Positions 29,105 to 38,831 of a stretch of 64,000 bases of DNA are shown piece after piece (the stretch's first letter is position 1; every line of letters starts with the position of its first letter). A program made the position numbers and the translations under genes. The notes beneath the pieces were generated by a model, which saw nothing but the letters and a program-made list of their open reading frames with translations, was not told the origin of the DNA and searched no databases. Source of the stretch: a bacterium. Its GTDB lineage: Bacteria; UBA8248. Where the stretch lies: the NCBI GenBank assembly GCA_965204535.1, contig OZ241996.1, positions 224,001-288,000 of the forward strand, in the 5' to 3' direction.

Positions 29105-31240
29105 CTAGCGAGGGTCTCGCTTCGTTTTGCCTGTTTTCTTGCGCGTCATCACGAGCCGGCCGAGTGAATCCACCTCCACGCGGAACGAAGGGGGGATGAG
29201 CACCGTGGAATCGGGTTGTTCGATAACCGCAGGGCCTGGAACCCGGTTTCCGCCTTTGAGGAGTTCGCGTTCATAGATGGGACAGTGGATAAAGTTTCCG
29301 GTTTCCTGAAAATGCACCTTCCGCTCGGATTTGAACGCCGCTTTTGGGCTTCGTGAGCCTGATGCGATTTTTTTCGGGCGAATCCGGTCCGTGAGACCGA
29401 TGGCCGAGACGCGAAGGTTCACGGCCTGAACCCTTTCCGCCTCATCGGAGTAGCTGTACTGGCGCAAGTGCGCGTCGTGAAACGCCCTTCGCGCCTTTCC
29501 GAGCCACCTGGTGTTCACCTTGCCTCCGGGCAGCGGCACGTTGATCTCGTAGTTTTGAAGCGGGTAGCGCAGATCGGCCGAGCGCGCGAGGGTGCGCTTT
29601 GTCCGGGGCGCCTTCTCGGCCTTGAGCCATTCGTCCGCCTCAGCTTCGAGGTCGGCCATGAGCGCGGCGATGGCTCCTGCGTTTTCCCCGTCGAGGCTCA
29701 GGCGGGTCGTGGCCGTGAAGTCCGCTCTCAAGTCCGCCCGGAGCAGGCCGAGTGCGGAGAATACGCCCGGCGCCTCGGGGATGACGATGCGTGGGACCCC
29801 GAGTTCGTTCGCCAGATCGGCCGCGTGCAGGGGACCCGCCCCGCCGAAACTGATGAGCGCAAAATTACGCGGGTCATAGCCTCTGGCGACCGAAACTACG
29901 CGGAGGGTGCGGACCATATGCGCGTTCACGACTTCGATGATTCCCGAAGCGGCTTGCATGGTAGACAGACCGAGCGGCCCGGCTATCTTCTCCTCAATGG
30001 CTTTTTCCGCAAATTCGAGGTTGAGGCGGGATTCTCCCCCGACGAAATAATCCGGATTCAGGCGGCCCAGTACGAGGTTGGCGTCCGTAACGGTGGGTTC
30101 CTCGCCCCCGCGCCCATAGCAGACCGGGCCGGGTTCGGAACCCGCGCTGTGAGGGCCGACTTTCAGAACGCCCACGCCGTCTACCGAAGCGATGGAGCCG
30201 CCGCCTGCGCCGCATTCGGTCAGGTCGATCACGGGCGTCTTGACGGGATATCCCGTGAAGCGCACCGCCAGGGACTGGTGCATGCCCATCCCGATCTCGT
30301 ATTCGGTGGTGGTCTTGTAGGCTCCTCCTTCTATGAGGCTCGCCTTGGCCGTGGTGCCGCCCATGTCGAACGAGATGATGTCGGCCTCTTCGATCTCCCT
30401 CGCGAGAACGGTGGCGGCGATGACGCCCGCCGCGGGACCCGATTCGATGAGCGTGTGGGGGCGCTCGCGCGCAGAAGCCGGCGACATCAGCCCGCCGGCG
30501 GAATTCATGATGAGGAGCTTCTCGGGGCGGTGGCCGAGCCGGGATACCTCCTCGTGCAGTTTTTCGGTGTAGCGCGCGAATATGGGCTTCAGGTAGCCGA
30601 CGAGTGAGGCCGTGCTGGTTCGTTCGAATTCGCGGAATTCGGGCGTGATGTCAGAAGAAGCAACGATATGACGGCCCGGGAGCGCGCGAATGAGATGTTC
30701 TTTCACCCGATGCTCGTGGGCGGGATTCACATGGGAGAAGAGCAGCGCGACCACCACAGACTCGGCGCCCGAGGCATCGAGCGCATGCGCGAGCCGGTCG
30801 AGTTCTGTTTTCGTCGGTTTGGTGACGACGTCTCCGTCCCATCCCAGCCGCTCGTTCACCTCGAAACAGAGCCGCCGGGGGATGAGGGGCCTGGCCTTTA
30901 CTTCCTGTAAGTTATACAGGCTCGGCCTGCGCTGGCGGGCGATCTCGAGGATGTCCCGGAACCCCTTGGTTGCGACCAGGGCGGTGCGCGCCCCTTTTGA
31001 TTCCAAAACGGTGTTGGTGGCCACGGTGGTGGCGTGGAGGATGCGCCCCACCTCTTCGGGGGATATGTTTTGCGTCGCCCTCAGGAGTCCGTTTACGAAA
31101 CAACCCTCCAGATTCACCGGCGTGGTGTCCACCTTATAGGAGGCAATGAGTCCCTCTTGCTCTCCCATGAGGACGACGTCGGTGAACGTGCCGCCGATGT
31201 CCACGCCAACGCGGTATTTTTCTTTCTTCCTGGGAACCAT
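29105..31240 (-). CDS. Hydantoinase/oxoprolinase A subunit (copy 2)
   Basis: GVDIGGTFTD, HATTVATN, ESGPAAG, DMGGTT, PGPVCYGRGG.EPTVTDAN. Confidence 0.93.
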   Translation of the reverse strand: MVPRKKEKYRVGVDIGGTFTDVVLMGEQEGLIASYKVDTTPVNLEGCFVNGLLRATQNISPEEVGRILHATTVATNTVLESKGARTALVATKGFRDILEIARQRRPSLYNLQEVKARPLIPRRLCFEVNERLGWDGDVVTKPTKTELDRLAHALDASGAESVVVALLFSHVNPAHEHRVKEHLIRALPGRHIVASSDITPEFREFERTSTASLVGYLKPIFARYTEKLHEEVSRLGHRPEKLLIMNSAGGLMSPASARERPHTLIESGPAAGVIAATVLAREIEEADIISFDMGGTTAKASLIEGGAYKTTTEYEIGMGMHQSLAVRFTGYPVKTPVIDLTECGAGGGSIASVDGVGVLKVGPHSAGSEPGPVCYGRGGEEPTVTDANLVLGRLNPDYFVGGESRLNLEFAEKAIEEKIAGPLGLSTMQAASGIIEVVNAHMVRTLRVVSVARGYDPRNFALISFGGAGPLHAADLANELGVPRIVIPEAPGVFSALGLLRADLRADFTATTRLSLDGENAGAIAALMADLEAEADEWLKAEKAPRTKRTLARSADLRYPLQNYEINVPLPGGKVNTRWLGKARRAFHDAHLRQYSYSDEAERVQAVNLRVSAIGLTDRIRPKKIASGSRSPKAAFKSERKVHFQETGNFIHCPIYERELLKGGNRVPGPAVIEQPDSTVLIPPSFRVEVDSLGRLVMTRKKTGKTKRDPR

Positions 31241-31241
31241 G

Positions 31242-33026
31242 CTAAAGGGCCTCCTTGCGTATCAGCGCTTCTTTCACCAGAGCCGCGGGGTAGGACGCCC
31301 TGGCGTATTCGAGCGTAATTTTCCCGTCCGCGAGGTCGGCCGCCAACTCTTCCGGGGAGTGCCCGGCCGGGTCGCCGTATCCGCCGGCTCCGGCCGACTG
31401 GCACCTGAGCACCTCTCCCTTTCTCACCTCGTGGGGGCCGCCCTTGCTCGGTAGTTTCGTTTCATTCGGCTCCCCGGGATTTTTCAGATGGACTCCGCGG
31501 GCCCCCTCTTTGCCGCCGTACAGAGGCCAGGGAGAAAAGTCGTGCCTGTCGGCGTGGGCGATGAAGCCCGTGTCGCTGAGCATCAGAAAGTCTTTTCTCG
31601 TGGCGAGTCCGCCCCGGCGGCGTCCCGCGCCGCCGCTGTCGGGAACGAGTTCGAAGCGCTCCACGCGGATGGGGTATTCACTCTCCAATATCTCGACGGG
31701 TAGGTTCGGTATGTTGTTCGTGTGAATCTGGACGGCGTCCATGCCGTTGCTGGTGTCGCGGCCGCCCATGCCGCCGCCGATGCCGTCGATGCAGATGAAC
31801 GGCCTGCCCCGGATGTCGTCGAAGCCGTGGATGTTGATGGAGGTGGTGCCGTGGCCGCAGGCGCAAACACGCTCGGGCGCCACCTTCGACATGACGCCGA
31901 TGAGCAGATCGGCCAGCCGCTGGCAGGTGGTGCCGCGTCCGCCCACCGGTGCGGGCGGGCTCGGGTTTACGACGCTCTCCTCGGGTGCTACGAGCCTCAC
32001 CACGCGCTCGAACGCCGCGTTCGACCACAGTTCGGGATCGATGGTCGCCTTGAGTGCGTAGGCGACAGTGGCGAACAGCGCTTCATAGACGACGTTCACG
32101 CCGCCCGTTCTCTGATGGCTCGAACCTGTGAAATCGAAAACCATGTGGGGCTTAGGATTATGCGAGATGGTGAGCGTCACCTTGAGCGGTACCGGACCGG
32201 GCACGTGGGCGTCGTCGTCGAGTTGATCCTCGAAATCCCACGTCCCCTCGGGCAGTTCCTTGATCTTCGAGCGGATCGTGCGTTCGTTGTAGTCGAGCAC
32301 GCCTTCCACGAGTTCGAGAAAACGCTCGGCGCCGTATTTTTCACTCAGTTCCTGAAGACGCCGGACGCCCAACTGGTTGCACGCCGCCTGCGCACGCAGG
32401 TCGGCCGGCCTGTCCTCTGAAAAGCGCATGTTGAGGAGGATGAAGGAGAAGAGGTCTTCCTGCAGTACGCCCTGCCTGAAAATTTTCATGGGCGGTATCC
32501 GCAAGCCTTCCTGGTATATCTCGTTGCAGCCCTCGGTCATCGCGGCGCCCGGCTTGATGCCGCCCACGTCCGGCCAGTGGCCCATGTTGGCGACGAATCC
32601 GATAAGCCTTTTGCCGTCGAACACCGGAGAGGCCACCGTGACGTCGGCGAGATGGGTTCCGCCGCCGTGGTAGGCGTCGTTCGCCAGGAAGGCGTCGCCC
32701 GGCCTGAGTTCTTCCAGCGGGTAGCGCTTCAGGATGTTGCGGATGATGCTCAGCATCGCGCCCAGGTGCATGGGAATGTGCTCGGCCTGTGCGATGAGGC
32801 GGCCTTCCGCGTCGAATATGGCCGTCGAGGCGTCCTGACGCTCCTTGATGTTCGTGGAATAGGCCGTGCGGATGAGCGCCGCGCCCATCTCCTCGGCCAC
32901 CGACAGCAAGGCGTTCGAGAAGACCTCGAGCGCGACCGGATCGGGTACCGCCGATGCGCGCCGCTTCGTGGCCTTTCGGCGCGAGGCCGCTTTTTTCGAA
33001 CTCGCTTTCGTGTGTCCGGCCGGCAT
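31242..33026 (-). CDS. Hydantoinase B/oxoprolinase family protein (copy 2)
   Basis: RTAYSTNIKER.D.S, NDAYHGGGTHL.D, HWPDVGG, QEGLRIPP, SGGAGRRRGG. Confidence 0.93.
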   Translation of the reverse strand: MPAGHTKASSKKAASRRKATKRRASAVPDPVALEVFSNALLSVAEEMGAALIRTAYSTNIKERQDASTAIFDAEGRLIAQAEHIPMHLGAMLSIIRNILKRYPLEELRPGDAFLANDAYHGGGTHLADVTVASPVFDGKRLIGFVANMGHWPDVGGIKPGAAMTEGCNEIYQEGLRIPPMKIFRQGVLQEDLFSFILLNMRFSEDRPADLRAQAACNQLGVRRLQELSEKYGAERFLELVEGVLDYNERTIRSKIKELPEGTWDFEDQLDDDAHVPGPVPLKVTLTISHNPKPHMVFDFTGSSHQRTGGVNVVYEALFATVAYALKATIDPELWSNAAFERVVRLVAPEESVVNPSPPAPVGGRGTTCQRLADLLIGVMSKVAPERVCACGHGTTSINIHGFDDIRGRPFICIDGIGGGMGGRDTSNGMDAVQIHTNNIPNLPVEILESEYPIRVERFELVPDSGGAGRRRGGLATRKDFLMLSDTGFIAHADRHDFSPWPLYGGKEGARGVHLKNPGEPNETKLPSKGGPHEVRKGEVLRCQSAGAGGYGDPAGHSPEELAADLADGKITLEYARASYPAALVKEALIRKEAL

Positions 33027-33530
33027 GAAATTCTTTCTCCTTCACCAAAATGAGGCGATTCGCGGGCGGGCGTTTAACCGCCGAAGCTCATTTGAGCAGA
33101 ACGCACCAACTCATATGAGACTAAAGTTTTTCGCTAATACTGTTTGGAAAACCTTCTGGAGCATTCCGCTTCCTGAGCGTGGCGTCAAGATGATGCGGAC
33201 ATGTCGATCCGTAGGTTTAGAGAGGGAGTTTTACACGAGTTTCCAGCTTTTGGGCAAAGGCCTCGGAGGATTCCACCTTGCTTGTTCGGGCTAGATTCCG
33301 TACTCGAGTGGTTGCTCCCGCTCCGTGAAAGAGAATGGAGGGGTGGTTTTCCATGGATACCCAGGACATCGGTTTGGATTGCGCGTGATGGGGGAATCGT
33401 GTTGTAATCTTCCCGCCAATTACAATTCACTTCTTCACTTCGTGGGGAATTATCACTCCCTCCGATATTCAGTGTCGGAAGGCTTTCTCGGAGAGATTTG
33501 CGCAACTGAACCGGATTTGGAGACGCGATA

Positions 33531-34790
33531 GTGGATGTTCCCTCCTGGGTAGATCAGGATGCCATGAACCTGGACGCGCGCTTGGATGAGCGGAGTCGCT
33601 GGATATCCAGCCCCATGAATGCCCTGGCGGTGCCCGATGCCGTGAACGCACAGCCCCGGCACATCGTCTTGCGCGACGACACGCTGCGCTCGGGCGCGAA
33701 TACGCCTGGTGTTTATGCGAGCGTGGAGAAGAAGCTGCGGATCTCCGAGTTACTCGATGAGGCGGGCGTGCAGGAAGCCGAGGTGGGTTACGGCTCGCTG
33801 CCTGATGATCAGAGATTCGTCAGCGAACTGAAAAAGCGCGGTTCAAAAATCATTTGCGGCATGCACGCGCGCTGCTGGCTCCCGAACTGGAAATCAGACA
33901 TCGACGGAATCGCCGGTTGCGGGGCCGACATGGTGAATTTCGTGGGCATGCAGGGCTATACGATGACCGAAGCGCTCCACCCGACGCTCCGGGGCGAGTC
34001 GTTTCTCGTGCGGATGGAAGAGTGCATCGCCTACGCGAAAGAAAAAGGCTTGAAGGTGGGATTCGGCACGGATCATCCACGCGCGGATATTATTCCCGAG
34101 ACGATCCGGCGCGCCGTCGCCGCCGGCGTGGACCGGTGGGTCTGCTACGACCCGCGCGGGTGGTTCCTGCCGCAGACGATGGCGATGGTGGTTCATGCCG
34201 TGCGCGCGGCAAGTGAGGACAAGATAGAGGTGTCCGTTCATGCGCATGATGATTTCGGCCTCGCCACGGCCATCACCTTCGAGGGTATCCGGGCGGGCGC
34301 CATGGCGTGCGACGTGTGCATCAACAGGACGGGCCATCGCTGCGGCAACGCGGGCTTCGAGCAGATCGCCGTGGGGCTGGAGTATTTCTTCGGGTATCAG
34401 ACCGGGATCGATCTGAAAAAGATCACAGAACTCAGCAGCCTCGTCTCTGAACTCTATGAGATTCCCGTCGCCGAGAACGCCCCGGTGGTGGGACACAACA
34501 TGTTCAGTTACGGCGGACTCCACATCCCCGGCATCCTTCGCGGGGACTGGTTTTTGTGGGAGAACCTGCGCTCTGAGACTGTGGGCAGCGGCAGACACAT
34601 CGTGTATGGACCCACGGCTCTTCAGAAAGGTTCAGACAGTCCCTTGGACGCCAAGGTGAATCAGATGGGGAAAAAGGCGGACGAAGCCCAGATGGATCGA
34701 ATCATCTCGGGCGTTCGAGCGCTGATCGAGGAGAAAAGTTTGGCGACCGATGAGGAAGTGGAGCGGATAATCAGTCGTGTCATGGGGTAG
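33531..34790 (+). CDS. LeuA/homocitrate synthase-like DRE-TIM barrel protein (atypical motif)
   Basis: DDTLRSGANTPG (canonical DTTLRDGEQ.PG), HAHDDFGLATA, G.R.GNA, P.AENAPVVG.N.F; no LeuA regulatory domain. Confidence 0.75.
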   Translation: MDVPSWVDQDAMNLDARLDERSRWISSPMNALAVPDAVNAQPRHIVLRDDTLRSGANTPGVYASVEKKLRISELLDEAGVQEAEVGYGSLPDDQRFVSELKKRGSKIICGMHARCWLPNWKSDIDGIAGCGADMVNFVGMQGYTMTEALHPTLRGESFLVRMEECIAYAKEKGLKVGFGTDHPRADIIPETIRRAVAAGVDRWVCYDPRGWFLPQTMAMVVHAVRAASEDKIEVSVHAHDDFGLATAITFEGIRAGAMACDVCINRTGHRCGNAGFEQIAVGLEYFFGYQTGIDLKKITELSSLVSELYEIPVAENAPVVGHNMFSYGGLHIPGILRGDWFLWENLRSETVGSGRHIVYGPTALQKGSDSPLDAKVNQMGKKADEAQMDRIISGVRALIEEKSLATDEEVERIISRVMG

Positions 34791-34845
34791 CGCAGAAGGC
34801 GCGGCAGCTCTCATAGCCCGAGGGTAATGCGAGAGGCGAAGTTTC

Positions 34846-36576
34846 ATGGCCGGAACAGTTGTTCAGAATCCACGAGGGGCGTTCGAGCGTTATTTCCATG
34901 CGCCGCTCAGAAGGCTGCGCGCAGCCGGCGTTACGCCCTTCGAGGTCGTCACGGTCGTGGTGATGACCTTGTTGGTTCTCTGGTTCGTTCTCGCTCCCGT
35001 CCTCAATCTGTTCTACGGCGCGTTTCAATCCGAGCCCCCGGGCGAGGGGGGCGTGTGGACGCTCGAGCACTTCCGCGTCGTTTTCGGCAATCCGGGCTAC
35101 TGGCGCACAGTGGGCAGAACCCTGCTGGTTGGCTTCGGCGTGGTCTTCCTGGCGACGATCATCGGATCGCCGCTGGCCTGGCTGGTCGTGAAGACAGACA
35201 TGCGCGGGAAACGCTGGGTGGAGCTCTCCGCCATACTTCCTTTTTTCACGAGCACATTCGTCGGAGCGCTCGCCTGGATTCTTCTGGGCAACCCCACCAA
35301 CGGTATGATCAAGCTCTGGACAGGGCTTCCCATCAACGTCTATTCCGTCTGGGGGATCATCTGGGTTTCGGGTATCTACATGGCCCCTTATATGTACCTG
35401 TTCACCTCGGCGGCGCTCCGCTCGGTGGATACGACGTATGAGGAGGCTTCGTTCATGTCGGGCGCGGGGTTGTTCCGCACCCTCACGCGGGTGACGTTTC
35501 CGGTCATCCTTCCCGCCATTCTCTCGGGCATGACGCTCGTCTTCGTCATTACGATGGGTATCTTCGGTGTGGCGGCGATTCTGGGATTTCCGGCGCGCAT
35601 CGTGGTATTGGCGACGGACATCTTTGCGAAATCGGTCTTCGCCCCGCCACTCTACGGGGAGGCGACCGTCGCCGCCCTCACGCTGATGGCCATTACCGCA
35701 GTCTGCATTCTCCTGCAGCGCTGGATACTCAGAAAAGGCTCCTACGCCCTGGTGAGCGGGCGCGGTTTCCGCCTCAAACTCTATTCTCTCGGGCGCCTGA
35801 CGCCTTTTGCCTATTTGTTCACGGCGCTCTACGCGCTGCTCGCCGTCATCCTGCCCGGGCTGGTGCTCATTAAGGTCAGCATGCAGCCCTACGCCACGCC
35901 CAAGTTCGGGTTGTGGACGCTGGAGAACTGGGAGGTCTTTTTCACGAATCCCGATTTGCTCGATTCCTTCATCCGCTCGATGTATCTCTCCACCGGCGGG
36001 GCGACCATCAGCGTGCTGATGACGGCCGTCATCGCCTACATTATCCACAAGAGCAAAACGCCCGGCCGCGGTATTCTCGAGCAGGTGAGCGTCATGCCGG
36101 TGGGAATTCCCGGAATCGTCATGGGTCTGGGGATGATATGGGCGTACATCCAGTGGCCAATCTGGGCGACCATCTGGATTCTCGTCGTCGCGTACCTCAC
36201 CCTGTTCATGCCCTACGGGGTCCGCGCCCTGGGGGCGAACGTGGTGCAGGTTCATGGAGAACTCGAAGAGAGCAGCCGGGTTCACGGCGGGAGCTGGTTC
36301 CTCACCTTCCGGAGAATTATTTTTCCCTTGTTGCGCCCGGGCATTTATTCCACCTGGATATTGCTGTTCATCATATTCTTGCGCGAAATATCCACGGCGG
36401 TTCTTCTGACCACACATGAAACGCGCGTTCTACCCGTTCTGATCTTCGAGCAGTGGACGGACGGTGAGTTGAACATCATGTGTACCGGCGCATTGCTTCT
36501 GACGGCGATCATGTTCGTCGTCATTTCTGTGTTCAAGTGGGTTTTCAAGGTGGATGTGACCCCCGTCTACCGATAG
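34846..36576 (+). CDS. Fe3+/thiamine-type (FbpB-like) ABC transporter permease
   Basis: Two EAA loops (YEEASFMSGA; ELEESSRVHGG) and many TM segments. Confidence 0.9.
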   Translation: MAGTVVQNPRGAFERYFHAPLRRLRAAGVTPFEVVTVVVMTLLVLWFVLAPVLNLFYGAFQSEPPGEGGVWTLEHFRVVFGNPGYWRTVGRTLLVGFGVVFLATIIGSPLAWLVVKTDMRGKRWVELSAILPFFTSTFVGALAWILLGNPTNGMIKLWTGLPINVYSVWGIIWVSGIYMAPYMYLFTSAALRSVDTTYEEASFMSGAGLFRTLTRVTFPVILPAILSGMTLVFVITMGIFGVAAILGFPARIVVLATDIFAKSVFAPPLYGEATVAALTLMAITAVCILLQRWILRKGSYALVSGRGFRLKLYSLGRLTPFAYLFTALYALLAVILPGLVLIKVSMQPYATPKFGLWTLENWEVFFTNPDLLDSFIRSMYLSTGGATISVLMTAVIAYIIHKSKTPGRGILEQVSVMPVGIPGIVMGLGMIWAYIQWPIWATIWILVVAYLTLFMPYGVRALGANVVQVHGELEESSRVHGGSWFLTFRRIIFPLLRPGIYSTWILLFIIFLREISTAVLLTTHETRVLPVLIFEQWTDGELNIMCTGALLLTAIMFVVISVFKWVFKVDVTPVYR

Positions 36577-36591
36577 TGGAGGAAAAGCTAG

Positions 36592-37674
36592 TTGCCGTCG
36601 TTGACCATTGAGAATCTATCGAAACACTTCGACGAAGTGCGCGCGGTGGACGTCCTCGACCTGGAAGTCGAAGAAGGGGAGATGCTCACGCTGCTCGGCC
36701 CGAGCGGGTGCGGGAAGACCACGACGCTCCGATGCTTGGCCGGCCTCGAGAGACCGACCGACGGGCGTATCACCATCGGCGAGACGGTCGTCACCGATAT
36801 CGACGGCGGCGTGTTCGTTCTGCCTGAGAAGCGCGCGATCGGCATGGTGTTTCAATCCTACGCCATCTGGCCGCACATGACGCTGTTCGAGAACGTCGCC
36901 TATCCGCTCCGGGCGCGTGGCATGCCGCGTGGGGAAATTTCCGGAAAAGTCATGAACGCGCTCAAACTCGTTCAACTCGACGGCATGGAGCACCGCTACT
37001 CCACGCAGATAAGCGGCGGACAGCAGCAGCGCGTCGCCCTTGCGCGGAGCCTGGTTTCAGAGCCTTCCCTGCTCTTGTTCGACGAACCTCTGAGCAACCT
37101 CGACGCGAATCTGCGCGTGCAGATGCGGCTCGAAATTCGGGAGTTGCAAGAAAGACTCAATTTCACGGCCGTCTACGTCACGCACGATCAAACCGAAGCC
37201 ATGGCGCTCTCGGACCGCATCGCCATCATGGATCACGGGGTCTTGCAGCAGATCGCCGACCCGCGTGAAATCTACAATCGTCCGCAGAACCGCTTCGTCG
37301 CCAGTTTCATGGGAACCACGAATCTCTTTGAGGGTGCGAAGAAAGAGGGGGCGGGAGGCGAGGCGCTCGTTCTTTCAGATGAGGGAATCGAGATTGCCGT
37401 CGGCGCGCAGGTGATGCCCGACGAGGATATGGTATACGTCTCGATTCGTCCCGAGGCGATCGAGTTATCCACGTCCCAGGATGGGGCCGAACGCCCGAAC
37501 CAATGGAGGGGCAAAGTGGTTCATTCGACTTTTCTGGGAGAGTCGACCATTTTTTCGGTGGAAGTTTCCGGAAAAGCGCTCGAGATACATGCGGAACCAA
37601 CGCAGATGTTCGAAACGGGTCAGGAAGTGCTCGTCTCCGCCGAGCCGGAGCGATGCGTTGTCGTGGAATCGTAG
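36592..37674 (+). CDS. ABC transporter ATP-binding protein (FbpC/PotA-like)
   Basis: GPSGCGKT, ISGGQQQR, DEPLSNLDA, VTHDQ; C-terminal TOBE. Confidence 0.95.
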   Translation: MPSLTIENLSKHFDEVRAVDVLDLEVEEGEMLTLLGPSGCGKTTTLRCLAGLERPTDGRITIGETVVTDIDGGVFVLPEKRAIGMVFQSYAIWPHMTLFENVAYPLRARGMPRGEISGKVMNALKLVQLDGMEHRYSTQISGGQQQRVALARSLVSEPSLLLFDEPLSNLDANLRVQMRLEIRELQERLNFTAVYVTHDQTEAMALSDRIAIMDHGVLQQIADPREIYNRPQNRFVASFMGTTNLFEGAKKEGAGGEALVLSDEGIEIAVGAQVMPDEDMVYVSIRPEAIELSTSQDGAERPNQWRGKVVHSTFLGESTIFSVEVSGKALEIHAEPTQMFETGQEVLVSAEPERCVVVES

Positions 37675-37704
37675 TCGTTTTCTCAATCTCAAAGGAGGTG
37701 CAAG

Positions 37705-38748
37705 ATGAAGAAGTGGATAATCCCCGTCATATGCCTGGGGCTGTCGATGGGTCTGGTGGCGAGCGGCGCGCATGGCGCCGACAAGGAAACGCTCAAAATG
37801 GCGGCCGACACTAAAGGCGGGCAGGTGATCGTGTACAACATCATCTTCAAGCCCGCCCAGCGGAAGCTGAACAAGGCGTTCAACAAGGCATTCAGCAAGT
37901 ACGGCATCAAGGCGAAGATGATCCGGAGCCAGTCCGGAAAAATCGCCAACCTCTACAAGCAAGAACTGAGAGCCGGGAAGGTTCGCATGGACGTCATCTC
38001 CACCGCCGACCCGGGGATGTTCCTGAGCTTCAACAGAAAAAACCAGCTCACCCGTCACTGCAGCCCGAATTACAAGGACTATCGTGACTGGGCCGTGGCG
38101 AAGGATTGCGGCTACTTCTATCACACCTCCTGGCTGCAATACATTTCCTACAACCCCGAACTCGTGAAGGGCGGCGACATCCCCAACAGCTGGCTCGACT
38201 TCCACAAGCCCAAGTGGAAGAACAAGATCAGCTTCGGCGATCCGAAAATCGGCGGCGGCCACTACTACTTCGTGTTCACGATGTACAAGCTCTTCGGGCG
38301 CGATTGGTTCATAAAGTCACGCGACAACGGCGCGATGATGGTGCGCAGCCACGGCACCACGAACAACAAGGTAAAATCAGGCGAGCGCCACTTCGGCGTG
38401 AACCTCTCCATGCTCGTTCGCCGCGATGGCCCCTACCCGGGCGGCAAGGGCGCACCGATTAAAGAAGTGTTCCCCAAAGAAGGCGGCGCGCTGCTCGTCG
38501 CTCCCATGGCGATCACGAAAGGCGGTCCCAACCCCGCAGGTGCGAAGGTGCTGATCGATTGGCTCTCGAGTCTCGAAGGCCAGAAAGTGGTTTCCGACAA
38601 GGGCAAGTTCTCTCTGCGCAAGGACTTCACCAGCGTAGAGGGCGCGAAACTCTCCGACTTCAAATACCACTGGTGGGACCCGAACGAAATGGACCAGATG
38701 CGGGACAAATGGACCAAGGACTCGCTCAAGATACTGACCGGCAACTAA
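37705..38748 (+). CDS. ABC transporter substrate-binding protein (AfuA/FbpA-like)
   Basis: Signal peptide, P.SW.D..KPKWK.KI...DP, P.EG, NP.GAK..IDW..S.EGQ. Confidence 0.85.
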   Translation: MKKWIIPVICLGLSMGLVASGAHGADKETLKMAADTKGGQVIVYNIIFKPAQRKLNKAFNKAFSKYGIKAKMIRSQSGKIANLYKQELRAGKVRMDVISTADPGMFLSFNRKNQLTRHCSPNYKDYRDWAVAKDCGYFYHTSWLQYISYNPELVKGGDIPNSWLDFHKPKWKNKISFGDPKIGGGHYYFVFTMYKLFGRDWFIKSRDNGAMMVRSHGTTNNKVKSGERHFGVNLSMLVRRDGPYPGGKGAPIKEVFPKEGGALLVAPMAITKGGPNPAGAKVLIDWLSSLEGQKVVSDKGKFSLRKDFTSVEGAKLSDFKYHWWDPNEMDQMRDKWTKDSLKILTGN

Positions 38749-38831
38749 TTTCACTTGCTGGATGAAACGGCGCGCCGCGTCCGCCAGGTAGCGGGCGCGG
38801 CGGCGCTTTTTCATCGCGCCCTGGGAGTACG

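Noticed and set aside
33027-33530. 500-bp lower-GC intergenic region as a riboswitch or ncRNA
   Set aside because: No recognisable aptamer, terminator or repeat seen; most simply a divergent promoter region.
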